Part shown: piece by piece, positions 6,711-14,766 of the stretch
Position numbering within the stretch: the first letter of the stretch is position 1
Layout: the number at the start of each line of letters is the position of its first letter
Origin: Alphaproteobacteria bacterium
GTDB taxonomy: Bacteria; Pseudomonadota; Alphaproteobacteria; Rs-D84
Assembly: GCA_017475605.1 (NCBI GenBank)
Contig: JAFVFD010000002.1
Coordinates: forward strand, 199,432 to 231,431
Direction of reading: 5' to 3'
DNA: 32,000 bases
Program-made: the position numbers and the translations under genes
Notes under the pieces: model-generated
What the model was told of the DNA's origin: nothing
Database searches by the model: none
The model's input: the letters and a program-made list of their open reading frames with translations, nothing else

Positions 6711-9700
6711 TTACCCCTCGCCATTTTCTTTAACTGGATTATTCGCATTCAACGCAAATTGCGCAATATATTTTTTCAATTCGTCTTTGTAACGATTATT
6801 CGCCTGGGCTTGCGCAACCAATTTGTCAAAGTTAGGATTCACCGCACGCGCCGCCCCAAAACGCGATTCTGTTTTAAGGAAATCTTCCAATGGCATCAGA
6901 TTATCAACCGACGAATCCATGGCCAGTGGCGACTTTCCACTAAGTGCCAGGCGCGGATCAAACCGATACAACGGCCATGCGCCCGTATTTACCAACATTT
7001 GCTGATGTTCAACCCCATTTTGTAATGCGAAACCATGCGCGATACATGGCGCATATGCCAAAATGATTGATGGGCCGTTGAACGATTCCGCTTCGCGGAA
7101 CGCACGAATCGCCTGGGCCTGATTTGCCCCCAGGGCAATTTGCGCGACATATGCGCCCGACATCATGGCAATCATACCCAAATCTTTCTTGGCGTGTTCC
7201 TTGCCACCAATCGCAAATTTCATCGATGCACCAAACGGTGTAGATTTTGATTGCTGGCCCCCGGTATTCGAATAACCTTCGGTATCCAAGACCAATATAT
7301 TCACATTTTCACCACTGTGTAAAATATGGTCAACACCACCGTATCCAATATCGTATGCCCAACCATCGCCACCAATTATCCAAACCGATTTATCAACAAT
7401 CGTGTCCAACAACGATTCCGCCGCCCGCGCGCGTGGGTCCTGGATACCGGCCAGATGCAATTGAACAACATGTTTAAGTTCGCGCTGTTTTACAACATCT
7501 GTTTCGGCGAATATTTTTTCAACATCTGGTATATTTAACTCAAACAAAAGGCCCTTTAACGCATCGCGTTTTTGATTTATTGCCAAACGCATCCCCAGGC
7601 CATATTCCGCATTATCTTCGAACAGCGAATTAGACCATGCCGGCCCACACCCGTTATCGTCCGTTGTCCATGGGGTTGTCGGCAGGTTTCCACCATAAAT
7701 AGATGAACAACCCGTTGCATTTGCGACCACCATACGATTTCCAAACAAATGCGCCAAAAGTTTTACATACGGTGTTTCACCACACCCCGCACATGCGCCC
7801 GAAAACTCAAAATAGTGTGGCAATAATTCAACATGCTTTGGAATATTAAGATTTAATTTATCACGCGAAATATCCGGCAATTTTACGGTCGCATCAAATG
7901 CAGCCTGATTTTCACGCGCATCCGCCATTGGTTTTAATGCCAGCGCATGAACCGGACAATTTTTCACGCACACATTACAGCCCGTACAATCCGCCGGCGA
8001 AATACTTAATGTATAATACATATTCGGTCCCAATTCCGGCGTTTTCATCGGGACCACAATAATACCATTGGCGCGCGCATCGGCAACCTGGTCTTCTGTT
8101 AATGCCTTGATACGAATTGCCGCGTGCGGACAAAGCATTGAACATTTCCCGCACTGAATACATTTTTCCAAATCGACCGTCGCGACATTTTGCGCAATTG
8201 CGCGCTTTTCATATTTTGCCGTTCCAACCGGATATTGTCCCGCACCAAATTCGCCATCAACGCGGAACCGCGATACAGGTATCGCATCGCCCCGCCCCGC
8301 CGCAATTTCACCCAACGTTCCGGCAATTTCACTTGGCGCATCCGCCGTCATTGCCGGTGTCCAATCAGGTGCAAAATTTGATGGCGACGATGGCAAATCA
8401 TATTTGACCAGGTATTTATCCGCATTATCAACCGCCGCCCAGTTCGCCGCAACAACATCCATACCCTTTTTCTTGTACGATTTTTCAATAGCAACCTTGG
8501 CCGCGGATGCCGCAATCGCGGGGTCGATAACATTTGTTAACCGGAAAAAGTTTAACATGATAAATGTGTTAATACGGTTACCAAAACCAAATTCCGCCGC
8601 CCCCCGATTCGCATCCAGGAAATAGACATTTGCGCGTAATCTTATAAGTTGTTCCTGGGCTTCGCGTGGCAGGTTTGCGAATGCCACATCCGGTGCCATC
8701 CCTGTATTAATCATAACCGTTCCACCGGCGCGCAGACCGCGGAATGTGTCAAACCGCTGGGCAATCATAAAATTAGAAATACTGATAAAATCGGCAACTT
8801 CTACCAAATACTGACTGCGAATAGGCTTGTCAGAAAAACGAATGTGCGATTGGGTAAGTCCCCCAGATTTTTTAGAATCATATACCGCGTATGATTGTGG
8901 GTACAGGTCGCTGTTTTCGCCAACAATTTTTACGATATTTTTAACCGCACCAACCGTTCCGTCCGAACCAATACCATACAACACCGCGGTTTTAAAGTTG
9001 TCATTTTGAACGGCAAATGCCGGGTCGGTTTTAAGCGACAGTCCGGTTAAATCATCATCAATTCCAACGGTAAAATTATGGTGTAATGTGCCACGCATCA
9101 TATTTTCATAAATGGCCTTTACATCACGCGGTTTAAATTCCTTGGACCCCAGACCATATCGTCCCCCAAATACATTTATCCCATTACCAACAATAGTCTT
9201 GATTGTTGTGTAAAGCGGTTCACCAATTGCACCCGGTTCCTTGGTTCGATCCAACACCGCGATATTTTTCACCGTTTTCGGCAATATTTGTAAGAAAGCA
9301 TCCACCGGGAACGGCTGGAACAAGTGAACACGAATCAGCCCCAACCCCGCCGGCAACTGTTCCATTGTTTCTTCTATTGTTTCACAGGATGACCCCATGG
9401 ATACAATCACGTGTTTGGCGCGTTTATCGCCGACATATTCCACAACCCCATACTTACGTCCAGTAAGGCTTGCAAATTCATCCATCACAGATTGGACTAT
9501 TTCGGGTGTTTTTTCGTAAAGTGGGTTTGCGGCCTCGCGCGATTGGAAATATACATCTGGGTTCTGGGCGGTTCCGCGAATTGTTGGCTTTTCGGGTTTC
9601 ATACCGCGATTGCGATTTGCGACAACCAAATCATCTGGCAATAATTTGCGCAAAACATCATCTTCTATACGGCTAAGGCGCGATTCTTCATGACTGGTTC

Positions 9701-10217
9701 TGAAACCGTCAAAGAAATGAACAAAAGGCACCCGCGCGCGTAATGTTGCCGCATGGGCAATTGCCGCCAAGTCGTGTGCGGCCTGGACATTATGGGACGA
9801 CAGCATCGCAAACCCCGTCGCACGTACCGACATAACATCACTGTGGTCGCCAAATATTGATAGCGCATGTGTTGCCAGCGCGCGCGCCGCCACGTGCATA
9901 ACAAACGGCGTTTGTTCCCCGGCGATTTTGTACATATTCGGAATCATAAGCAACAATCCCTGGGACGCGGTAAACGTCGTCGCCAATGCGCCCATCTGTA
10001 ATGCGCCATGCATCGCGCCGGCGGCACCACCTTCGGATTGCATTTCAATTATTTGTGGAATTGCCCCCCAGATATTCTTTTTATGCTGAAAAGCCCATTC
10101 ATCCGCCAATTCCCCCATTGTCGAACTGGGGGTGATTGGATAAATTGCCGCAAAATCAACACAACGATACGCGACATCCGCCGCCGCCCAATTTCCATCA
10201 ACAATTAAATTTGCCAT
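6711..10217 (-). CDS. nifJ: pyruvate:ferredoxin (flavodoxin) oxidoreductase, single-polypeptide NifJ/YdbK type
   Basis: 1168 aa. Two ferredoxin-type motifs are present (CIQCGKCSMLCPHAAI and CTGCNVCVKNCPVHAL), plus the TPP-binding GGDGWAYDIGYGG. Length and domain order are typical of homodimeric PFOR. Confidence 0.95.
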   Translation of the reverse strand: MANLIVDGNWAAADVAYRCVDFAAIYPITPSSTMGELADEWAFQHKKNIWGAIPQIIEMQSEGGAAGAMHGALQMGALATTFTASQGLLLMIPNMYKIAGEQTPFVMHVAARALATHALSIFGDHSDVMSVRATGFAMLSSHNVQAAHDLAAIAHAATLRARVPFVHFFDGFRTSHEESRLSRIEDDVLRKLLPDDLVVANRNRGMKPEKPTIRGTAQNPDVYFQSREAANPLYEKTPEIVQSVMDEFASLTGRKYGVVEYVGDKRAKHVIVSMGSSCETIEETMEQLPAGLGLIRVHLFQPFPVDAFLQILPKTVKNIAVLDRTKEPGAIGEPLYTTIKTIVGNGINVFGGRYGLGSKEFKPRDVKAIYENMMRGTLHHNFTVGIDDDLTGLSLKTDPAFAVQNDNFKTAVLYGIGSDGTVGAVKNIVKIVGENSDLYPQSYAVYDSKKSGGLTQSHIRFSDKPIRSQYLVEVADFISISNFMIAQRFDTFRGLRAGGTVMINTGMAPDVAFANLPREAQEQLIRLRANVYFLDANRGAAEFGFGNRINTFIMLNFFRLTNVIDPAIAASAAKVAIEKSYKKKGMDVVAANWAAVDNADKYLVKYDLPSSPSNFAPDWTPAMTADAPSEIAGTLGEIAAGRGDAIPVSRFRVDGEFGAGQYPVGTAKYEKRAIAQNVATVDLEKCIQCGKCSMLCPHAAIRIKALTEDQVADARANGIIVVPMKTPELGPNMYYTLSISPADCTGCNVCVKNCPVHALALKPMADARENQAAFDATVKLPDISRDKLNLNIPKHVELLPHYFEFSGACAGCGETPYVKLLAHLFGNRMVVANATGCSSIYGGNLPTTPWTTDDNGCGPAWSNSLFEDNAEYGLGMRLAINQKRDALKGLLFELNIPDVEKIFAETDVVKQRELKHVVQLHLAGIQDPRARAAESLLDTIVDKSVWIIGGDGWAYDIGYGGVDHILHSGENVNILVLDTEGYSNTGGQQSKSTPFGASMKFAIGGKEHAKKDLGMIAMMSGAYVAQIALGANQAQAIRAFREAESFNGPSIILAYAPCIAHGFALQNGVEHQQMLVNTGAWPLYRFDPRLALSGKSPLAMDSSVDNLMPLEDFLKTESRFGAARAVNPNFDKLVAQAQANNRYKDELKKYIAQFALNANNPVKENGEG

Positions 10218-10241
10218 AATTTCCGTCCCTTTGGGTATATT

Positions 10242-10250
10242 TTTATATCA
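10242..10250 (-). promoter_or_regulatory. extended -10-like element TGATATAAA upstream of PFOR
   Basis: The minus strand reads TTTTTTTGTGATATAAA. AAGGGA RBS and the ATG at 10217 follow. Confidence 0.4.
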
Positions 10251-10291
10251 CAAAAAAACATAGTAAAACCCCAAAATAAAGGCAAGAAATA

Positions 10292-10335
10292 TTCTTGACA
10301 AAATACTTGACAAATAGAGTTTTTTGTATTATCTA
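10292..10335 (+). promoter_or_regulatory. tandem TTGACA element plus -10-like hexamers upstream of the alpha-CTD-repeat gene
   Basis: TTGACA at 10295-10300 and 10307-10312. TATCTA lies 17 nt after the second copy, or TG-TATTAT at 10325-10332. The element is near-identical to 14767-14793. Confidence 0.45.
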
Positions 10336-10385
10336 TTTGTATGGGTCGGGCAGGATGGCCTTAACACAACCAAACGGAGTGAAAA

Positions 10386-12209
10386 ATGAGAAATCCGACA
10401 AGAAAACAACAACGCGCTAAACAAAACGCTATAGAATCCAGAGAAAACGCATTAAAAAACCAATTGAAACTGGACGAAAACGATGCGCAAAAAATAGAAT
10501 ATATTTTAAGTATGTTATTGGATCTTGATGCGAATAAAGCACGTGATATCATCAAAAACACCTCGTTTCGCTATTTGATTCAATCGCGCCAATCGGATAC
10601 TGCAGACAAACAAAATTCTCTTAAATGTCCTTTGGCATTGCATGCCATTGTGGTTGCATTATCAACATCCGGCGAAGATATTAACAATATCTTGAGTGAA
10701 ATGTCAGATTCTGCGATTAATTCATTGAAAGAATCTATCGCCATTGCAAAAACACAACCCTGTCCGGACAAAGCGTCTATCAACAAACTTATTGCTGAGT
10801 ATAAAGAAAAACGAAAAACAAAAAGAACTGACGAATGGCACACAGACAGCAATGGTGACACATATAAAGAATCACGCGCATTAACAAAAAACGAAATGCT
10901 GGATAACGAACGCAAATTAAAATCCGCCACCGTTACAGCAAACGTTATAGACTTATGGGACGATGCAATAGCAGAGTTGGACAAATGGTCTGTTGCCGTT
11001 GATACTTTCAAACGCGATTCACAAACTGTTGAACAGCAACAAATTGGGGCGCGAAAAGACCCATCTGATAATCAGAAACAAGGCCAAACCGTTCCTGATG
11101 AAATATTGTTTATGCGGGTTGGCGAATTTTTGTCTGTTCGTACGGCAAATCGCCTTAAAGAAGCCGGCATTGAATATATATGTGATTTGATTCAATATGG
11201 CAAATCTAACGTTAAAAAAATACACGGATTAGGTCCAAAGGGATATCACGAAATCTTTTCGTACCTGTTGCCGCGACACCTTGGCTTAGGGTCTGATATA
11301 ACGCTGTCTGATGAATCTTTACAGGCGATTAAAAAATTCAAATCTAATCTGGCCAATACCGACAAGTTAGATTTGGATATCCGCGAAACTAATTTGTCAA
11401 AACGTACAAAAAATTGCTTGTTGGGTGCTGGTATTAAGACTATTGGCGAATTAATCAAAAAGACCAAAGAAGAACTGTATAAAATACGTGGCTTTGGTCG
11501 TCGCTCAATGGTTGATATCGAAGACATGTTGAATAAAATGGATTTAAAATTAGCAACGCCGATAACTGCAAAACCAGATTTATCACAAATTCGCATCGCG
11601 GATTTGCGCTTTTTGGGTTGCGCCAAGAATCCTTTGATTGTCGGCGGTATTGATACTGTTGATAAGTTAATCAAAAAGAACAAACAAGAACTGCGTAAAA
11701 TACGTGGTTTGGGTCCCAAAGCGATTCAGAATATTATTTACTCTTTGGAAAAAATGGGTCTAGAATTGGCCAAGCCAACACCTAGAAAAACAAAAACTGT
11801 TAAAAAGCCACAAGTGGTTACTGCCCAACCCAAAACAATGTTAGACGTCAAAGCATTAGAAGCGCAGTTGGCTGCATTGGTTGAATTATATAAAAATGCC
11901 GAAGAAGACATGGCCAATGCCAAAACAAGACGTTTGGCAATCATGATGCAAATTGGCGAACAAAGCGATGATGATAAGAAAATCGAACAACTGTCCGATG
12001 CATTACAAACCGAAAACGCATCTATTAAAGAACATGCTGTTACGATGGAAAATTTGCGTCCTGCAAAAGAATTGTCAGACAAACTAACCGCCGCAAAAAA
12101 TGCTAAAAATGATGCACAAAAAGCATTAGATGCAGCAGAATCAACACTGCAATCTTTAAACACAGAGATAGCAGCATTGTTGGCACAAGCAAAACAAAAT
12201 TCTAAATAA
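10386..12209 (+). CDS. hypothetical protein with three tandem RNA polymerase alpha-subunit C-terminal-domain (alpha-CTD, helix-hairpin-helix)-like repeats and a C-terminal coiled coil
   Basis: GGAG lies 6 nt upstream of the ATG. Repeat cores are LSVRTANRLKEAGIEYICDLIQ...IHGLGPKG, LSKRTKNCLLGAGIKTIGELIK...IRGFGRRS and LGCAKNPLIVGGIDTVDKLIK...IRGLGPKA. From memory these align to E. coli alpha [22 protein letters not shown]...TPNLGKKS. The last ~130 aa are heptad-like and rich in Ala/Lys/Glu/Gln. Confidence 0.8.
   Translation: MRNPTRKQQRAKQNAIESRENALKNQLKLDENDAQKIEYILSMLLDLDANKARDIIKNTSFRYLIQSRQSDTADKQNSLKCPLALHAIVVALSTSGEDINNILSEMSDSAINSLKESIAIAKTQPCPDKASINKLIAEYKEKRKTKRTDEWHTDSNGDTYKESRALTKNEMLDNERKLKSATVTANVIDLWDDAIAELDKWSVAVDTFKRDSQTVEQQQIGARKDPSDNQKQGQTVPDEILFMRVGEFLSVRTANRLKEAGIEYICDLIQYGKSNVKKIHGLGPKGYHEIFSYLLPRHLGLGSDITLSDESLQAIKKFKSNLANTDKLDLDIRETNLSKRTKNCLLGAGIKTIGELIKKTKEELYKIRGFGRRSMVDIEDMLNKMDLKLATPITAKPDLSQIRIADLRFLGCAKNPLIVGGIDTVDKLIKKNKQELRKIRGLGPKAIQNIIYSLEKMGLELAKPTPRKTKTVKKPQVVTAQPKTMLDVKALEAQLAALVELYKNAEEDMANAKTRRLAIMMQIGEQSDDDKKIEQLSDALQTENASIKEHAVTMENLRPAKELSDKLTAAKNAKNDAQKALDAAESTLQSLNTEIAALLAQAKQNSK
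11100..11768 (+). repeat. three alpha-CTD-like coding repeats (about 11100-11291, 11376-11552, 11589-11768)
   Basis: Protein-level repeats as listed for the CDS. Repeats 2 and 3 are also similar at DNA level: 11451-11500 ttaatcaaaaagaccaaagaagaactgtataaaatacgtggctttggt versus 11667-11714 ttaatcaaaaagaacaaacaagaactgcgtaaaatacgtggtttgggt. Confidence 0.8.
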
Positions 12210-12225
12210 AAAAAAGGATACCTTA

Positions 12226-12915
12226 ATGGCGAATTTCGATATTAAACCATCAAAATGGCTGAACGAATCTAAACAAGGCAACTTTGTGTTCGCACCCGTT
12301 GGGAATGTTTGTAATGTCCAGATTTTTGATAAAATCAGCATGGAAAAATGCGCAGAAATGTTGGGCAACCTGGCACAAATAATTGCGCAATTACCCGCAA
12401 AACCAATTTATACAGCATCGGCAAAAATTGTATCACCATACGACATATCGCCAGATATATTCGTTTTTGATGTTATGATTAATTCTAGTGGTGGCGATGT
12501 AAATGTATATAAATCAATTTCGTCATTGTTTGCATTGGCAAAATCACGTGGCGCGATTGTTCGCACCCAGAATATTGGCTCGGCGGCCAGTTGCGCCAGC
12601 ATGCTGGCAATTCAGGGCACCCCGGGTTATCGCGTAATGTATGATACCGCATGTAACTATATCCATTTCGGCAAAACTACATTAACAGTCGAACGCGCAG
12701 ATGAATTTGATATTGCGACCCAAAACTCAAAAATCAATCGCGAACAGGTTCGCAAAGTTTATCAGGCATATACGAAACTGACACCGGACGAGATAAAAAA
12801 ATTCATCACTGTCGAAGGTGCCGGCAACTTATTCGCACGCAAATCCCTTGAAAAAGGTGTATGCGATTGGATTTTGACAATTGACGGCAAACTTATTGGT
12901 CGCAAAGGTCGATAA
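12226..12915 (+). CDS. ClpP-like (S14 family) serine peptidase, divergent orphan copy
   Basis: AAGGA lies 7 nt upstream. INSSGGDVNVYKSI...IGSAASCASMLA...NYIHFG parallels the ClpP motifs INSPGG, GQAASMG (catalytic Ser, here Ser122 at 12589-12591) and VMIHQP (catalytic His, here His147 at 12664-12666). The position of the third triad residue (Asp) is unclear. There is no terminator between this gene and the upstream gene. Confidence 0.75.
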   Translation: MANFDIKPSKWLNESKQGNFVFAPVGNVCNVQIFDKISMEKCAEMLGNLAQIIAQLPAKPIYTASAKIVSPYDISPDIFVFDVMINSSGGDVNVYKSISSLFALAKSRGAIVRTQNIGSAASCASMLAIQGTPGYRVMYDTACNYIHFGKTTLTVERADEFDIATQNSKINREQVRKVYQAYTKLTPDEIKKFITVEGAGNLFARKSLEKGVCDWILTIDGKLIGRKGR

Positions 12916-12924
12916 AGAACTATA

Positions 12925-12957
12925 AAAAATGGGGCGGCTTGTTCGGCCCCATTTTTG
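12925..12957 (+). terminator. intrinsic terminator after the ClpP-like gene
   Basis: Stem ATGGGGC (12929-12935) pairs with GCCCCAT (12946-12952), followed by TTTTTG and preceded by an A-run. Confidence 0.75.
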
Positions 12958-12983
12958 TAAAAAACAAATACAAATTACATTTT

Positions 12984-12995
12984 TTAGTGTATAAT
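12984..12995 (+). promoter_or_regulatory. -10 element GTG-TATAAT for the 561-aa gene
   Basis: A perfect TATAAT at 12990-12995 is preceded by TTAGTG. It resembles the TTTGTGATATAAT motif used elsewhere in the window. Confidence 0.45.
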
Positions 12996-13028
12996 AAACA
13001 TGAAACAAACAACAAAGGCTGCAAGGAA

Positions 13029-14714
13029 ATGCAATTTATAATACCAGGACATTCGGTTTTATTTCGTTATCACAGCCGTGATCATTTTGCTAAGATTTTT
13101 TGGGGCACCGAAGAACCAGAAATTATTGACCAGCCTTATTTTTCAGATATTTCTTCTATTACAACCAATGAAAAATCAAGTTTTTTTGGTCTGCTCAAAC
13201 GCAGAAATACTGCGCTATTTGTTCCATTTAAAAAAACAACTATCTCGGCAGAAAGTACCGGTATACCAAACCTGAATTTTGTTTTCTTTGATGGCGATGT
13301 AACACTTACCAAATCTGTATCTGACCCAAATATGTTACCGTTGGCGGTTGGCGGAACATTCAAGATGTCTGGTTGTCGCGAATTATTTTTAAAACTGGGG
13401 AATAAGCATCACCTGCCCTTTGCCGAAACCATAAACCTTACGAACGCAATAGAAAGTTTGGACGAACTGATTGGTAAATTGCCGGTTGGTTTGAAAAAAT
13501 TGATTGTCCAACAATCTTTGACAAAATCGATAGGCAATGATGCAAAAAAATTAGAATCCGCACGAAAATTTGTCGAATACTACCCAGATGTAAACATTAA
13601 TGATGGTGATTTAGACCCTTTAATTTATAAACCGACTGTTTCTGAAAACATCATTACTGTTGATACTCAAAAATCAGAATACATCCACCAAAGAGAAGAA
13701 ATTGTAATTGCTCAAACCCAATTACCAGAAAATCGCAAAACAATAGGTCAATATGCAAAAAAACTGGCCTTAGACCCAGAAATACCTGTTAACGATGTGA
13801 ACAAATTACGCGATTATATCCGCGCCGTTGCGATTCCTGAACTGATTCTGGACACAAGTGTTCAACACGTTATACGAACAGACGAAGTTCGCATGTTGCT
13901 GGCCGAAGATTATAACGACATCAAAAACATTATTTTGCGCGAAATAAAATTTGTTGAACCCATCGCAACAAACTTAAAAACAGCTACAAATGTTGTACGC
14001 CCAATTGTAAAAATGTTTTATACCATGGGCAAGCCACTTGATGAAATCCAAATACTTGTCAAACAGGCTCTTGATGCACAACCCACCAACAGCCCGACAC
14101 CAACTGCACCCCAACAATTACCAAAAGAAGATAAACCAGCCAATAGCAAACCAGAAAAGCGCATGCTGTGGTTAAATCAGTCAGTTATCGACAGAATAAA
14201 CAGCTGGGCAATTGATGACAAAAACATTGCATTGGAAAGACTTGATTGGTTTTTGAATAATCCTGGTGCTGTCCCTAAGGATACTAACAGATTTGAAATA
14301 GTTGAAGAAATAGCGGAAATAAAGAAACACAGACGCGGTGGGTTACGCCTTTATGCGTCAAGACAGGTTGATCCTGCTTTAATGATATTTGATGCGGGTA
14401 ATAAAGGCGAACAAAAAGATTTGGACCCGCGTAAAATGGCAAAAGATTTCAAACAAAAATATGGTTCCGCCAGAACGGTTTCCGATCAACTGGCAAATGC
14501 AGCACCCGGTGCCGAAACCGTCCAAATACAATGCACATCTTATATTTCTGGCAAAACAATAAAATTTTTCGAAACATTTTATAATTTTGACACCGATACG
14601 GTCCGTCAAAAACTGGGGATAAAAACCGACACCAAACCCCAACCAGAACAGAAGAAACCTGACAACAACATGTTGGCAAAAGTTTGGTCTGGACGCGGTT
14701 CAAACGGAAATTAA
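13029..14714 (+). CDS. large hypothetical protein (561 aa) with a Pro/Thr/Gln-rich linker and a C-terminal RelE/ParE-superfamily (HigB / addiction-module-killer-like) domain
   Basis: The ORF-track start at 12939 is a TTG inside the upstream terminator, so I use the ATG at 13029 (AAAGG lies 10 nt upstream). The linker is AQPTNSPTPTAPQQLPKEDKPANSKPE. Downstream of it come WFLNNPGA, AEIKKHRRGGLRLYA and LMIFDAGNKGEQKDLD. These match my memory of the killer-protein pattern LGNPGD, SELRIDYGPGYRVYF and ILLCGGDKSTQDKDI. Confidence 0.7.
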   Translation: MQFIIPGHSVLFRYHSRDHFAKIFWGTEEPEIIDQPYFSDISSITTNEKSSFFGLLKRRNTALFVPFKKTTISAESTGIPNLNFVFFDGDVTLTKSVSDPNMLPLAVGGTFKMSGCRELFLKLGNKHHLPFAETINLTNAIESLDELIGKLPVGLKKLIVQQSLTKSIGNDAKKLESARKFVEYYPDVNINDGDLDPLIYKPTVSENIITVDTQKSEYIHQREEIVIAQTQLPENRKTIGQYAKKLALDPEIPVNDVNKLRDYIRAVAIPELILDTSVQHVIRTDEVRMLLAEDYNDIKNIILREIKFVEPIATNLKTATNVVRPIVKMFYTMGKPLDEIQILVKQALDAQPTNSPTPTAPQQLPKEDKPANSKPEKRMLWLNQSVIDRINSWAIDDKNIALERLDWFLNNPGAVPKDTNRFEIVEEIAEIKKHRRGGLRLYASRQVDPALMIFDAGNKGEQKDLDPRKMAKDFKQKYGSARTVSDQLANAAPGAETVQIQCTSYISGKTIKFFETFYNFDTDTVRQKLGIKTDTKPQPEQKKPDNNMLAKVWSGRGSNGN

Positions 14715-14717
14715 ATA

Positions 14718-14741
14718 AACGGGGCAAAAGCTCCGTTTTTT
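14718..14741 (+). terminator. intrinsic terminator after the 561-aa gene
   Basis: AACGGGG (14718-14724), loop CAAAAG, CTCCGTT (14731-14737), then TTTTTT. Confidence 0.7.
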
Positions 14742-14766
14742 ATTTACCTGGCGCAAATCGTCAAAA

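Noticed and set aside
6621-10208. Numerous 60-134-codon ORFs on either strand within the PFOR and bamE coordinates
   Set aside because: All are nested in a continuous 1168-codon ORF with diagnostic Fe-S and TPP motifs. None has an independent RBS or a recognisable product.
10580-12163. Long antisense ORFs inside the alpha-CTD-repeat gene (10580-11011, 11246-11719, 11738-12163, minus strand)
   Set aside because: The plus frame has a clear RBS, one uninterrupted 607-codon ORF and recognisable alpha-CTD repeats. The antisense products are low-complexity Ser/Phe/Ile-rich strings. They are best explained by the Lys/Glu/Leu-rich, AT-rich sense codons lacking antisense stops.
12939-13028. N-terminal extensions in the ORF track: TTG at 12939, TTG at 14770 and GTG at 27143
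   Set aside because: The TTG at 12939 lies inside the terminator hairpin of the upstream gene. The TTG at 14770 is the TTG of a promoter TTGACA. The GTG at 27143 lies inside the lpxL 3' end. In each case an ATG preceded by an RBS-like purine-rich sequence occurs downstream (13029, 14845, 27188).
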